Of a stretch of 39,281 nt of DNA, positions 9,040 to 17,528 are shown one piece after another. How positions within the stretch are numbered: position 1 is the first letter of the stretch; every line of letters starts with the position of its first letter. The notes below the pieces were generated by a model that saw only the letters and a list, made by a program, of their open reading frames with translations, had not been told where the DNA came from and searched no databases. This DNA comes from a virus (taxonomy: Duplodnaviria > Caudoviricetes). The stretch spans positions 1 through 39,281 of IMG/VR virus record IMGVR_UViG_3300044252_000020. One strand, given 5' to 3'. Position numbers and translations under genes: made by a program.

Positions 9040-9773
9040 CCAGAACGCAGCCCCTATCACCGGACGAGCAGGAGCGCATCCGCGAGGACTTCGCGGCGAT
9101 GGGGATCGCTGTGCCTGTGGCCCCGGCAGAGGCCTTCGCGCAGCGCACGCTCACGCCACCGCTGCTCGTGCCCTGGGCGTGGCCGCATGGCAGTCACAGC
9201 GTGCTGATCACGCCACCGACCGAAGAGCCTGTCACCGTCGCGCAGGCGAAGCTCCTGGCAGGCCTCGATTGGCTGGACGGCGATCCGCGTGACGACCTGA
9301 TGAAGGTCTGGATCGCTGCTGCACGCAGCAAGGTGGAGCAGGACACAGGGCTCGCCCTGCTCACGCAGACTCGTGATCTGTATTTCAGCAGCACGGCCCT
9401 GGCCACGTATGGCTATGTCCCGCTGGCGAATCAAGTTTTCCCGGTGCAGTCAGTGCTGGAGACGCAGAGCGTTGTGGGCCGAACGGTGAAGCACTTTGCT
9501 CGGCCTGTGTTCAGCGTGCATGGGCCTGCGCTGGTGCCGCATGCTGACTTCTCTGGCAGCTCCGGCATCGTGCGCCTGATCGTGGGCTGGCAGACCGCAG
9601 CCGATCTCCTGGCTGCAGCTCCACTGCTCACATGGGCGGTCGGTGTCCTGGCTGCGCACTACGCCACGCTCGGGCGTGATCTGGCTTCACTGGAGACTGC
9701 TGACGGTGCCCAGGTCATTCCGTTCGGCTACGAAGATGCCATCGGCCCGCATCGTCTCATCTGGGTAACGTGA
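9036..9773 (+). CDS. Head-tail connector (gp6-like adaptor)
   Basis: PPTEEPVTVAQAK...IAAAR..VEQ.TG.ALLTQT pattern; synteny. Confidence 0.8.
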   Translation: MTRTQPLSPDEQERIREDFAAMGIAVPVAPAEAFAQRTLTPPLLVPWAWPHGSHSVLITPPTEEPVTVAQAKLLAGLDWLDGDPRDDLMKVWIAAARSKVEQDTGLALLTQTRDLYFSSTALATYGYVPLANQVFPVQSVLETQSVVGRTVKHFARPVFSVHGPALVPHADFSGSSGIVRLIVGWQTAADLLAAAPLLTWAVGVLAAHYATLGRDLASLETADGAQVIPFGYEDAIGPHRLIWVT

Positions 9774-10126
9774 TGGCCGTTCGCATTGGTGCGCGGGACA
9801 AGCTCGTGACGCTCGAAAACCCTGGAGGCACGGTGCCTGATGGCGAGGGCGGCTACATCGAAGGCTGGGTACCACTGGCCCCGCCCACAGCCTTCGTGCA
9901 TATCGCACCAGCCACAGAGACGGACCTGGAGCGGTCTGCATCAGGGACGGTGCTGTCCACAGCCACGCACCTGATCGAAATGCCCTATCGACGCGGCGTC
10001 ACAGTGCTCACGCGGCTGCGCTACACAGGGCAGGGACAAAGCGAGCGGATCTTCCAAGTGACCTCCGTTCGCAATCCTGATGAAGCGAACCGTGAATTGA
10101 TTCTCGTGGCCGAAGAGCAGGTGTGA
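9770..10126 (+). CDS. Head closure / head-tail joining protein (SPP1 gp16-like)
   Basis: IG.RDK.VTL...DGEGG...W, TH.IEMPYR.GVT, R.FQVTSV.NPDE.NREL.L.AEE. Confidence 0.85.
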   Translation: MMAVRIGARDKLVTLENPGGTVPDGEGGYIEGWVPLAPPTAFVHIAPATETDLERSASGTVLSTATHLIEMPYRRGVTVLTRLRYTGQGQSERIFQVTSVRNPDEANRELILVAEEQV

Positions 10127-10551
10127 TGTCCGAGATCAAATTCAAAATGACCGGGATAAAGGAGCAGCAGCAGGCCCTCAGTCAGCTCGTGCCGGATCTG
10201 GTCCGCGAGACAGAGCCGATGATGCGGGCGCTCGCCGAGGCGACTGTCTCCACCATTCGCGGCCTCTACACCTATGGCGAGGGCAGCCTCGTCAAAGGCA
10301 TGCAGACCCGCCCACTGCTGAAGGGCAGCGTGATCGTCTCTCATGTGGTCGAGAACATTGCACCGCTGGCGCGGATCTACGACCACGGCACACAGACTGT
10401 CCGCGAGACGAAGCAGGGCTATTCACGTGGGCGCATGCCTGCCCGCCCTGTGTTCACGCGCACGACGAATGACATGCAGCGGGAGGCCACGCAAAAGACG
10501 ATGGACATCCTGCGCCGCCACGGACTGACGGTGACGTATGCCGATACCTGA
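10126..10551 (+). CDS. HK97 gp10-like tail completion protein
   Basis: A.IYDHGT...GRMPARPVF motif; synteny. Confidence 0.7.
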   Translation: MSEIKFKMTGIKEQQQALSQLVPDLVRETEPMMRALAEATVSTIRGLYTYGEGSLVKGMQTRPLLKGSVIVSHVVENIAPLARIYDHGTQTVRETKQGYSRGRMPARPVFTRTTNDMQREATQKTMDILRRHGLTVTYADT

Positions 10552-10987
10552 TAGCGGCCAGATCGACAATGCCGTCGTGAACCTGCTGAGTGCCGACGCG
10601 ACACTGATGGCGCTAATCCCTGATGGCGTTTACTTCGATGAGGCCCCACAGGGGAAACACAATTTCGGCATCGTGTCCCTGATTGAAGGCCGCGTGCGAG
10701 CACAGATGGCCGCAGCAGGGGATCGGCGTGGCCTGGAGGATACCGAGTACATCGTCAAGGCTGTGATGTTGTCAGGGTCCAGTGCCAACGCTCGGCAGGC
10801 TGCAGCACGGATCGATGTGCTGCTCGAAGATCAGACGCTGACGATCACAGGTTTCACCTGCCTGTCGATCACTCGCACGGGTCGGATTCGTGACACGGAA
10901 GTGGATCAAGTAGACGCCACGATCCGTTGGCAACATCGCGGCGGGCACTATCGCATCGTCGCCGCGCCTGGAGGGATAACACCATGA
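10538..10987 (+). CDS. Tail terminator (DUF3168-like)
   Basis: L.ADATLMAL...VYFDEAPQG...AARID.LL...WQH pattern just upstream of tail tube. Confidence 0.8.
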   Translation: MPIPDSGQIDNAVVNLLSADATLMALIPDGVYFDEAPQGKHNFGIVSLIEGRVRAQMAAAGDRRGLEDTEYIVKAVMLSGSSANARQAAARIDVLLEDQTLTITGFTCLSITRTGRIRDTEVDQVDATIRWQHRGGHYRIVAAPGGITP

Positions 10988-11481
10988 TTCGTAGTGGACG
11001 CAACGGGGAAGTGAAGTGGGACCCGACAGGCGCAGGCGGTGCCACCGCTGTCGCGCTCATGTCGATCAAAGGGTTTCAGCTCTCACTGGCAACCGAGAAG
11101 ATCAACGTCTCGTGTTTTCAAGATCAAAATCGTGTCTACATTCCTGGTCTGCGAGACATCTCGGGCAGCCTGAGCGGATTCTGGAATAGCGAGGACATGT
11201 CGCTGATCGAAGCGACGGAACTCGTGGCACCTGGATACCTGGAGCTGATCCCCGACACGACCGACGGCACGCCCGCGCCGTATGCCTTCAGTGGGCTGGC
11301 GTATCTCGATGCCGAGATTGACACCGATGTCGAGGGCGCACCTGCACTCTCCAGCAGCTTCATGGCTGCAGGGTCCTGGACGCTGCCCGCTGCCGGTGCA
11401 TTGGCTGGCCGTGCTGGTCCTGGTGCTGGTGCTGGTGCTGGTCGTCCCGGTGCTGGCGCTGGTGTAGCACCGGCACGATAA
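10984..11481 (+). CDS. Major tail (tube) protein
   Basis: Start ATG 10984 after GGAGG; SGRNGEV...VSCFQD.NRVYIPGLRDISGSLSGFW; Gly/Ala/Pro low-complexity tail. Confidence 0.85.
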   Translation: MIRSGRNGEVKWDPTGAGGATAVALMSIKGFQLSLATEKINVSCFQDQNRVYIPGLRDISGSLSGFWNSEDMSLIEATELVAPGYLELIPDTTDGTPAPYAFSGLAYLDAEIDTDVEGAPALSSSFMAAGSWTLPAAGALAGRAGPGAGAGAGRPGAGAGVAPAR

Positions 11482-11491
11482 AGGGCTCTGC

Positions 11492-11779
11492 GTGTTTCGC
11501 GCTATCACACTGCGGGGCAAGCGCGGCGAGATCAACTATGGGGCTCGCCGTGCTGCATCGCTGGTGTCCTGGGTCATAACGCGAGACGCGGAGTCACGAC
11601 GCTGGGAGCTGTCAGCCGCCATCGAACGGGCCGACAGCTTCCAGCTCACACGCCGTCCGTTGCAGTTCACTGCCCCACGCACCGCGAAGCCTGCGGGCTT
11701 CTGGTCCTTTGAAGTGGAGACGCTGACGGTACGGGGCTCGCTGCTCACGGCGAGACTCGGGCCGCCGATGCAGGGATAG
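11492..11779 (+). CDS. Hypothetical tail-module protein
   Basis: Fills the gap between tail tube and chaperone; beta-rich. Confidence 0.6.
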   Translation: MFRAITLRGKRGEINYGARRAASLVSWVITRDAESRRWELSAAIERADSFQLTRRPLQFTAPRTAKPAGFWSFEVETLTVRGSLLTARLGPPMQG

Positions 11780-11786
11780 AGGACAC

Positions 11787-12194
11787 ATGCTGCGCTTTGC
11801 CACGAACGACACACGCACGCTGACACTGAGCGACGGCGAAACCCTGACCGTCAAGGCCCGCCTGACGCACGGCGAAGTGACCGCCATGTTCGCCCGCATG
11901 TATGCCCAGCAGGAAGGGCAGACCGTTGTGCTGCCATCCTCGGGCGACGCCGTGATCGTGGCGTATCTGATCGAGTGGAGTGCAAAGGACGAGCAGGGCA
12001 AACCTGTCTCGCTGCGAGGGCTTTCGCCGGAAGAAGTGCAGGATCGCCTGGATGCCCTGGAGCATGAGGGCGTGCTGGAGATCCGCGAGGCCATCAAGAA
12101 GCACGAGCAAGCCATGCGCGATGAAGTAAACGCGCTAAAAAAAACGGATGGTGGCGTGAGCGAGTCAGCACCGACCTCGCTATCTGTCGCCTGA
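11787..12194 (+). CDS. Tail assembly chaperone (gpG-like)
   Basis: GAGGA RBS; LIEWS..DE.GKPV motif; position before tape measure; slippery site near its end. Confidence 0.85.
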   Translation: MLRFATNDTRTLTLSDGETLTVKARLTHGEVTAMFARMYAQQEGQTVVLPSSGDAVIVAYLIEWSAKDEQGKPVSLRGLSPEEVQDRLDALEHEGVLEIREAIKKHEQAMRDEVNALKKTDGGVSESAPTSLSVA

Positions 12195-12277
12195 TGCACT
12201 GGACGTATCCCGACGTGCAGGCCCTTCCGGGCGAAGTCTATGACGTGCTCGTAGAGGACCTGACCGCACAACGGTGA
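12137..12277 (+). CDS. Tail assembly chaperone -1 frameshift extension (gpGT-like)
   Basis: A AAA AAA slippery heptamer at 12137-12143; -1 frame reads NGWWRERVSTDLAICRLMHWTYPDVQALPGEVYDVLVEDLTAQR to TGA 12275-12277. Confidence 0.85.
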   Translation, partial: KKNGWWRERVSTDLAICRLMHWTYPDVQALPGEVYDVLVEDLTAQR

Positions 12278-12280
12278 CAC

Positions 12281-14278
12281 ATGGCCGCCATTGCCAGCAC
12301 GCTCGAAGCCGACTTCACCGACTACGTTGCTGAGACGCAGAAGGCCAATGCTGCAATGAACGACATGCAGCGTGAGGCTGACGGTGTGTCCAGTGCAGTC
12401 GGTGGCGCAGCCGCCTCCATGAACAAACTTGGCGGCGCGGCGTCGTCCTCCTACGCAGGCATCAACACGATGTCCTCCAGCCTGCGCACGGCAGACAAAA
12501 CCCTGTCGGCCTTCGGCATGAACATCGGCCCACAGATCCAGGCCCTGGAGGAAATGGAATCGGTCGCCGGGAAAACAGCCGGCGAGATCGGCATCCTGGG
12601 AACGGCGATGTCGGTGGCCGGTGCTGCGATGGCAGGCTGGAACATTGGCCGCTGGATCGCTGACATGACAGGAGCCGACGCCAAGATCGCAGACCTTGCA
12701 GCGTCGTTCATGGGCTGGGGCAGCACCGCGCAACAGACGGCGGAATATCAGAAGGACCTGATCATCCGTGCGCAGCAGCTCGACCCTGCTGTCCGTACGG
12801 CAGCGCAGGCCTTCACAGTGCTGAACAACGCAGCCAAAGCGCAGGCGGAAACCTTCAACACTGGCGCGGATCGTCTGCGCACCTGGAAGAACGATCTAAA
12901 CGACGCGAACACTGATCAGGCGAAGCTGCGGGCAGAGATTGAAGCGGGCAACAGCACCGTCGCGCAAATGTCCTCGCACTACCACGCCTCGGCTGAAGCG
13001 ATTCAGTACCTGCAGCGCGAGATGGCGAAGGAGAGCCAGACGCGCAAAGAAGCCGAGACAGCAGCGAAGGCCCATGCCGACGCATTGGCGGAAGTGAATC
13101 AGGCCGTCACTGGTCAGGATGCCCTGCTCGAATCTCTCACTGACAGCGAGCGTGCCGCCACAGAAGCAGCCCTGGCTGCAGGCATTGCACAGGGCACAGT
13201 GGCGAAGGCCTACGGACTCACAGCTCCACAGGTGCGAGCGGTCGCTGATGCCATGAAGGAGGCCGAGAAGGCCGTCAAGGACTTTGATGCTGCGCAAAAG
13301 ATTGCCACCGATGCGAACCAAAAGTGGAACGACGAGATCGCCGCGAACTCGTTGACCACAACGGGCCGCCTGATTGCGGACATTGATGCATGGAAGGCTG
13401 AAGCCATCGCAGCCCTGGACGAGACAGGCGGCGCGACCGAAGCGCACTACAACACCATCTCGCAGATCGCCGCTGAGAAGATGTCCCAGGTCAAATTGAA
13501 TTGGGACGTGCTGCGTGATGGTGCCATTGCCAACTACGCGGACATCGCAGCGCGTGCGGAAGCCACGTATCAGGAAATGCTGGCGCACAGCACGCAGTAC
13601 ACAACCGGAGCCATCGAGCAGGCTCGCCTCGTGCGCGATGAAACACTCGCCACCTTCAACGCGATGAACAGTGCGCACAGTGCTGCCGTCGCAGACTTCT
13701 ACAAAAGGGATCAAGCCTATGCCGCAGCCCTCAAGCAGTTCAGGACCGAAGCCGCCACCGCCACCGAAACCGCCTATCAAAAGGAGGCCGCAGCCCTCGA
13801 CGCCGCGATTGCCTATTCGCAAACCTACGCCGTAACGATCACTGAGGCACAGAAGGCCCTGGGGCAGCTCGGGGACTCCGGCGAACAGGCAGGCCAGCGC
13901 ACGACACAGGCGATGGCTGCAGCATCAGCGCAGGTCGGCCAGCTCACAGCCGTCGTGCAGCAGTCCGCGTCCCAGATGGAAACGCTTGCCCGCTATTACG
14001 ACCAGATGGCGAATCAGACCATGCAGGGCGGCGGCACGGGCCTCGGCTGGTCCCCGTTCCAGATGGGCGAAAACTATCAGGAGAGCGCCGCGAAGCTGCG
14101 TGCGAAGGCTGGCCGCCAAGCGCAATTTGAAGAAGCCATGAATCCTTCGACCTGGGGCACGCGAGGGATGACAGCTTCGACCACGAACCTGAGCGTCAAC
14201 GTAAACAATCAGGACGCGCAGGGCATCGCCAACAAACTGATCGAAGAGCTGCGGCATAACGGAGTGCGCTTTGGCTAA
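12281..14278 (+). CDS. Tape measure protein
   Basis: 665 aa Ala-rich helical protein immediately after the chaperone pair. Confidence 0.88.
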   Translation: MAAIASTLEADFTDYVAETQKANAAMNDMQREADGVSSAVGGAAASMNKLGGAASSSYAGINTMSSSLRTADKTLSAFGMNIGPQIQALEEMESVAGKTAGEIGILGTAMSVAGAAMAGWNIGRWIADMTGADAKIADLAASFMGWGSTAQQTAEYQKDLIIRAQQLDPAVRTAAQAFTVLNNAAKAQAETFNTGADRLRTWKNDLNDANTDQAKLRAEIEAGNSTVAQMSSHYHASAEAIQYLQREMAKESQTRKEAETAAKAHADALAEVNQAVTGQDALLESLTDSERAATEAALAAGIAQGTVAKAYGLTAPQVRAVADAMKEAEKAVKDFDAAQKIATDANQKWNDEIAANSLTTTGRLIADIDAWKAEAIAALDETGGATEAHYNTISQIAAEKMSQVKLNWDVLRDGAIANYADIAARAEATYQEMLAHSTQYTTGAIEQARLVRDETLATFNAMNSAHSAAVADFYKRDQAYAAALKQFRTEAATATETAYQKEAAALDAAIAYSQTYAVTITEAQKALGQLGDSGEQAGQRTTQAMAAASAQVGQLTAVVQQSASQMETLARYYDQMANQTMQGGGTGLGWSPFQMGENYQESAAKLRAKAGRQAQFEEAMNPSTWGTRGMTASTTNLSVNVNNQDAQGIANKLIEELRHNGVRFG

Positions 14279-16658
14279 TCTCTCGCCCGCGCATATCCCT
14301 GGCTGCGCTCGCCTGAAGATTGCCCGCCTGAAGGCCTTCCGCCTCAACGTGTATGAGGCCACGACACCGGTCTGGGTCGATGGTGCGCCACTGCCCTCGG
14401 GACCTGGGCAAGGCCTGCTGATCGAAGGAGCCTCCATCGAGCATGTGTTGAACGATCAGGTTGATACGGCGCAGTTCACAGCACGCGGCTGGACTCCGGT
14501 GGCGGGCCAGCGCATCGCTGTCTACAGCGGGGAAGTGGACCCGACCAAACAACTGTTCGGCGGGCGCATCCTGGAGACGACCTCTCGATACCTGAGTAAG
14601 GCCGCTGCGCCGAATGTCGTCACTGATATTCACTGCATCGATCCTGCCTGGATACTGCAACGCACAAAGGTGCTGGCGTCATACATCGGCTGGCCTGCAT
14701 CGTCCATCATTTACGACCTGATCGACCGCCTCGCACGCGGCGCTGTCACTCGAAACAATGTGCAGGCAGGTCTGCCGGTAATTGACGCCCTGACATTCAC
14801 GAATGAGGACATCCCCTCGTGCCTCACGGCGATCTGTCAGCAGGTCGGGGCGTATTGGTTCGTGGACTATCAGAACGATCTGCATGTGTTCACTGTCGCC
14901 GACCAAGCCGCGACACCGATCACGCAGGCCGCAGCCGGGGACTCGGGCGACTTCTCACTGACAGAGGACCTGTCACAAGTGGCGACGCGCATCATCGGCC
15001 TGGGCGGTGGCGTTGGGGCGAGCGTGGACCTGCCAGCCGGGGCCACAGAGCTGCCGGTCGAACTCGGTATCGGTCAGCCGCTGTGGTACCCGAGTGAAGG
15101 CGGCATCGTGCAGACCGGAGCCCAGCGCGTGACCTATGCAAAGGTGCGGGGCAACACCGGACGCGGCGCGATTCTCGGTACTGGCAATGCCCCGAGCAGT
15201 GCGCCAAGTCTTGCGCCGACCGTCGGTGCTGGCCTCGGCACCGGGACCTATCAATACGCGATGACGAATATCACCGCGTCTGGAGAGACGCTGATCAGTC
15301 CTGTCGCAGCAGCGCAGACTGGCCTCGGCAATCCGACCATCAGCGCCCTTGCAGTGCGGGCCAGCGCCTACGTGGCCGATCCCAGGCAGTACACCGCAAA
15401 TGCGAACATCCAGTGGCGAGTCGCCATTCTGTATCAGGGCAGCAGTTACTCGCTCGGGCCGCAGACTGGCTTCGTCAACACGGGCAATAAGTATCCGGAG
15501 ATTTACGTCGGTGACATTGCGACAGATCCGGTGAGCGGACAGCAATATCCTTCAGGACTCATCTCGCGGTGCCCCGCCAAGATCGTGCAAATGCAGTTCT
15601 ATCGCACGACCAATGGCGGCACGACGGTCCACGTCTGGGATCTGCTGAACGGCGTCAGCAGCGGGGTAAATGGCTGGCTGATGATCGTCGGTGACTTTCT
15701 CGAAACCGACCTGCCAGTTATGGGCGGCTATCCCTCATCGGCTGGCGGCACGCAGAATCAGATCACGATCACCTTACCGGCACCGTCGTCACCGTCAGTG
15801 ACCTCACGCGGCCTGTATCGCACCGCCGTCAACGGCAGCGCCCTGAAAAAACTGGTAAACGTCGCAGCAGGCACGAGCACTTATCTCGATGCGATTGCTG
15901 ATGCCTCGCTGGGCGCAGCTCCACCAGCGACGGACACGAGCCTCTTGCGGGAGGACGGACAGATTGCTGTCGGCGCAACATCAGTGCTCGTGACCGACAC
16001 GACACCATTCGCGGACGATGGCGGCGCATCCGGCGGCTGGGCCCTCGTCGGCAATCTGCCGGTGCGTTACACCAGCATCAGCGGCAGCAATTTGACCGGC
16101 GTGCCGCCAAGCGGGTCAGGCAGTGTGACCTCCACCGTGCGCTACGGATCGCAGGTCCTCGTGCAGCCCCGGCTCGTCGGCATTCCTGCCAGCGGTGCGG
16201 GATCACTCACGGTCGGCGTGCGCAAGGGCGATCTCGTCACGCTGCGGATGGAGATTGAAGATCCGCAGGCCGCGCAGGTCATCGCCTCGCGTCTGGGGTT
16301 TCCGGCAGACTGGACGCAGGGGCTGATCGAGTTCCTGGTGAACGACAGTCGCTTCGGTCCTACAGAGCTGCAGGCGCACATGCAGGCCACGCTGAGCGAG
16401 CGGAAGGACCCGCGCCTGACGCTGACGTATTGGACTCGTGATGTTACGCACGATGTGGGGCGGCTGGTCACAGTGAACACGACGACGCCCCCGATCAATG
16501 GGACCTTCCGCATCCAGCGCGTGGCGTTCTCCGAGATCAGCATTGCAGGAGCACACACGACCATCAGGCCGAAGCGGACAGTGCAAGCGACGAACAAGCT
16601 GTATACGTTCGCGGATCTCCTGCGGCAGTTGCGTGGGCGTGAAGCAGGGATTCAGTGA
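14271..16658 (+). CDS. Tail tip / hub protein with inserted beta-rich domains
   Basis: LFGG.I, WFVDY..DLH.F hub-like motifs; GTYQYA.T..TASGET and LYRT repeats; follows tape measure. Confidence 0.75.
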   Translation: MANLSPAHIPGCARLKIARLKAFRLNVYEATTPVWVDGAPLPSGPGQGLLIEGASIEHVLNDQVDTAQFTARGWTPVAGQRIAVYSGEVDPTKQLFGGRILETTSRYLSKAAAPNVVTDIHCIDPAWILQRTKVLASYIGWPASSIIYDLIDRLARGAVTRNNVQAGLPVIDALTFTNEDIPSCLTAICQQVGAYWFVDYQNDLHVFTVADQAATPITQAAAGDSGDFSLTEDLSQVATRIIGLGGGVGASVDLPAGATELPVELGIGQPLWYPSEGGIVQTGAQRVTYAKVRGNTGRGAILGTGNAPSSAPSLAPTVGAGLGTGTYQYAMTNITASGETLISPVAAAQTGLGNPTISALAVRASAYVADPRQYTANANIQWRVAILYQGSSYSLGPQTGFVNTGNKYPEIYVGDIATDPVSGQQYPSGLISRCPAKIVQMQFYRTTNGGTTVHVWDLLNGVSSGVNGWLMIVGDFLETDLPVMGGYPSSAGGTQNQITITLPAPSSPSVTSRGLYRTAVNGSALKKLVNVAAGTSTYLDAIADASLGAAPPATDTSLLREDGQIAVGATSVLVTDTTPFADDGGASGGWALVGNLPVRYTSISGSNLTGVPPSGSGSVTSTVRYGSQVLVQPRLVGIPASGAGSLTVGVRKGDLVTLRMEIEDPQAAQVIASRLGFPADWTQGLIEFLVNDSRFGPTELQAHMQATLSERKDPRLTLTYWTRDVTHDVGRLVTVNTTTPPINGTFRIQRVAFSEISIAGAHTTIRPKRTVQATNKLYTFADLLRQLRGREAGIQ

Positions 16659-16667
16659 GAGGGCACG

Positions 16668-17237
16668 ATGCCGATTGATCGCACCTGGTACAACACGCTC
16701 GTGGACGATGACGGCAGCGGTCTGACGGGCAGCGTCTGGGACAAGGCGGACGTCGATTCGCTGATCAAGGCCGTCGATGCGGAGATCAAAGCCGATGGCG
16801 TGGCCGTGACTGCCGCACTCGGGTATGCGACCGCCACGGGCTCGGGGCAATGGACGGCGCTGAACTTCAATCAGGTCGTCTGGCAGACGAACAATCAGAT
16901 GTTCGTGAATCCGTCAAACCTGATCACGATCCGGCGACCGGGGCTGTACCTGTGCGAAGGGAACGTGACCTTCGAGATCAATGCGGCGGGCGTGCGCGGG
17001 CTGTCGTTCTATGTTGATGGCGCACCGCCCTATGGTCTGGCGGGGCAGCAGATACTCCAGCCCGCCACTGGCGCGACCTATTCCGTGATCAACATTTCAG
17101 CGATCTATTACCTTCAGGCGAATCAGTTCATCCAACTCGCGGCCTATCAAAGCGCAGGCGGCAACCTGTGGGCGGGGGGCTATCACAAAGACACGACGAA
17201 CTGTCTGCAGGTCACGCGCATCGGTGGACTGACGTAA
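16668..17237 (+). CDS. Minor tail / receptor-binding protein with C1q/TNF-like C-terminal domain
   Basis: N-terminal DDDGSGLTGSVW; ALNF...ITIRRPGLY...L.ANQFIQL.AYQ jelly-roll pattern. Confidence 0.7.
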   Translation: MPIDRTWYNTLVDDDGSGLTGSVWDKADVDSLIKAVDAEIKADGVAVTAALGYATATGSGQWTALNFNQVVWQTNNQMFVNPSNLITIRRPGLYLCEGNVTFEINAAGVRGLSFYVDGAPPYGLAGQQILQPATGATYSVINISAIYYLQANQFIQLAAYQSAGGNLWAGGYHKDTTNCLQVTRIGGLT

Positions 17238-17255
17238 CACGAACAGGGGGCATGA

Positions 17256-17528
17256 ATGGCAATCGTAAATGCAGGGCGGCCCGTCACGTTAGACGACATC
17301 AAGGGCACTGCAGGACGGGTCGCAACGATGATTCGGAATGCTGTGCAGGACGGCGAGGACTTCCGCGTGCAATTGGAATCGTGGCCCGATCCTGACCTGA
17401 TCCAGATGGGACTGACGCAGCCGGAGATCAACGCGATCAAAGGATTCTTCGTCGGGGACCTGCCGCAGATCGCTGCACTGCTGAAGGCATCAACCTGGAT
17501 CAAGCAGCTACTCGGCACAGGTGTCTAA
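17256..17528 (+). CDS. Hypothetical protein (possible fibre chaperone or virion protein)
   Basis: AGGGGG RBS; tight packing with the next gene. Confidence 0.7.
   Translation: MAIVNAGRPVTLDDIKGTAGRVATMIRNAVQDGEDFRVQLESWPDPDLIQMGLTQPEINAIKGFFVGDLPQIAALLKASTWIKQLLGTGV

Noticed and set aside
11409-11464. GGTGCT tandem repeats
   Set aside because: Simply encode the Gly-Ala tail of the tail tube protein; not a CRISPR or regulatory array
14271-17237. Diversity-generating retroelement or invertible tail-fibre cassette
   Set aside because: No reverse transcriptase, invertase or template/variable repeat pair seen
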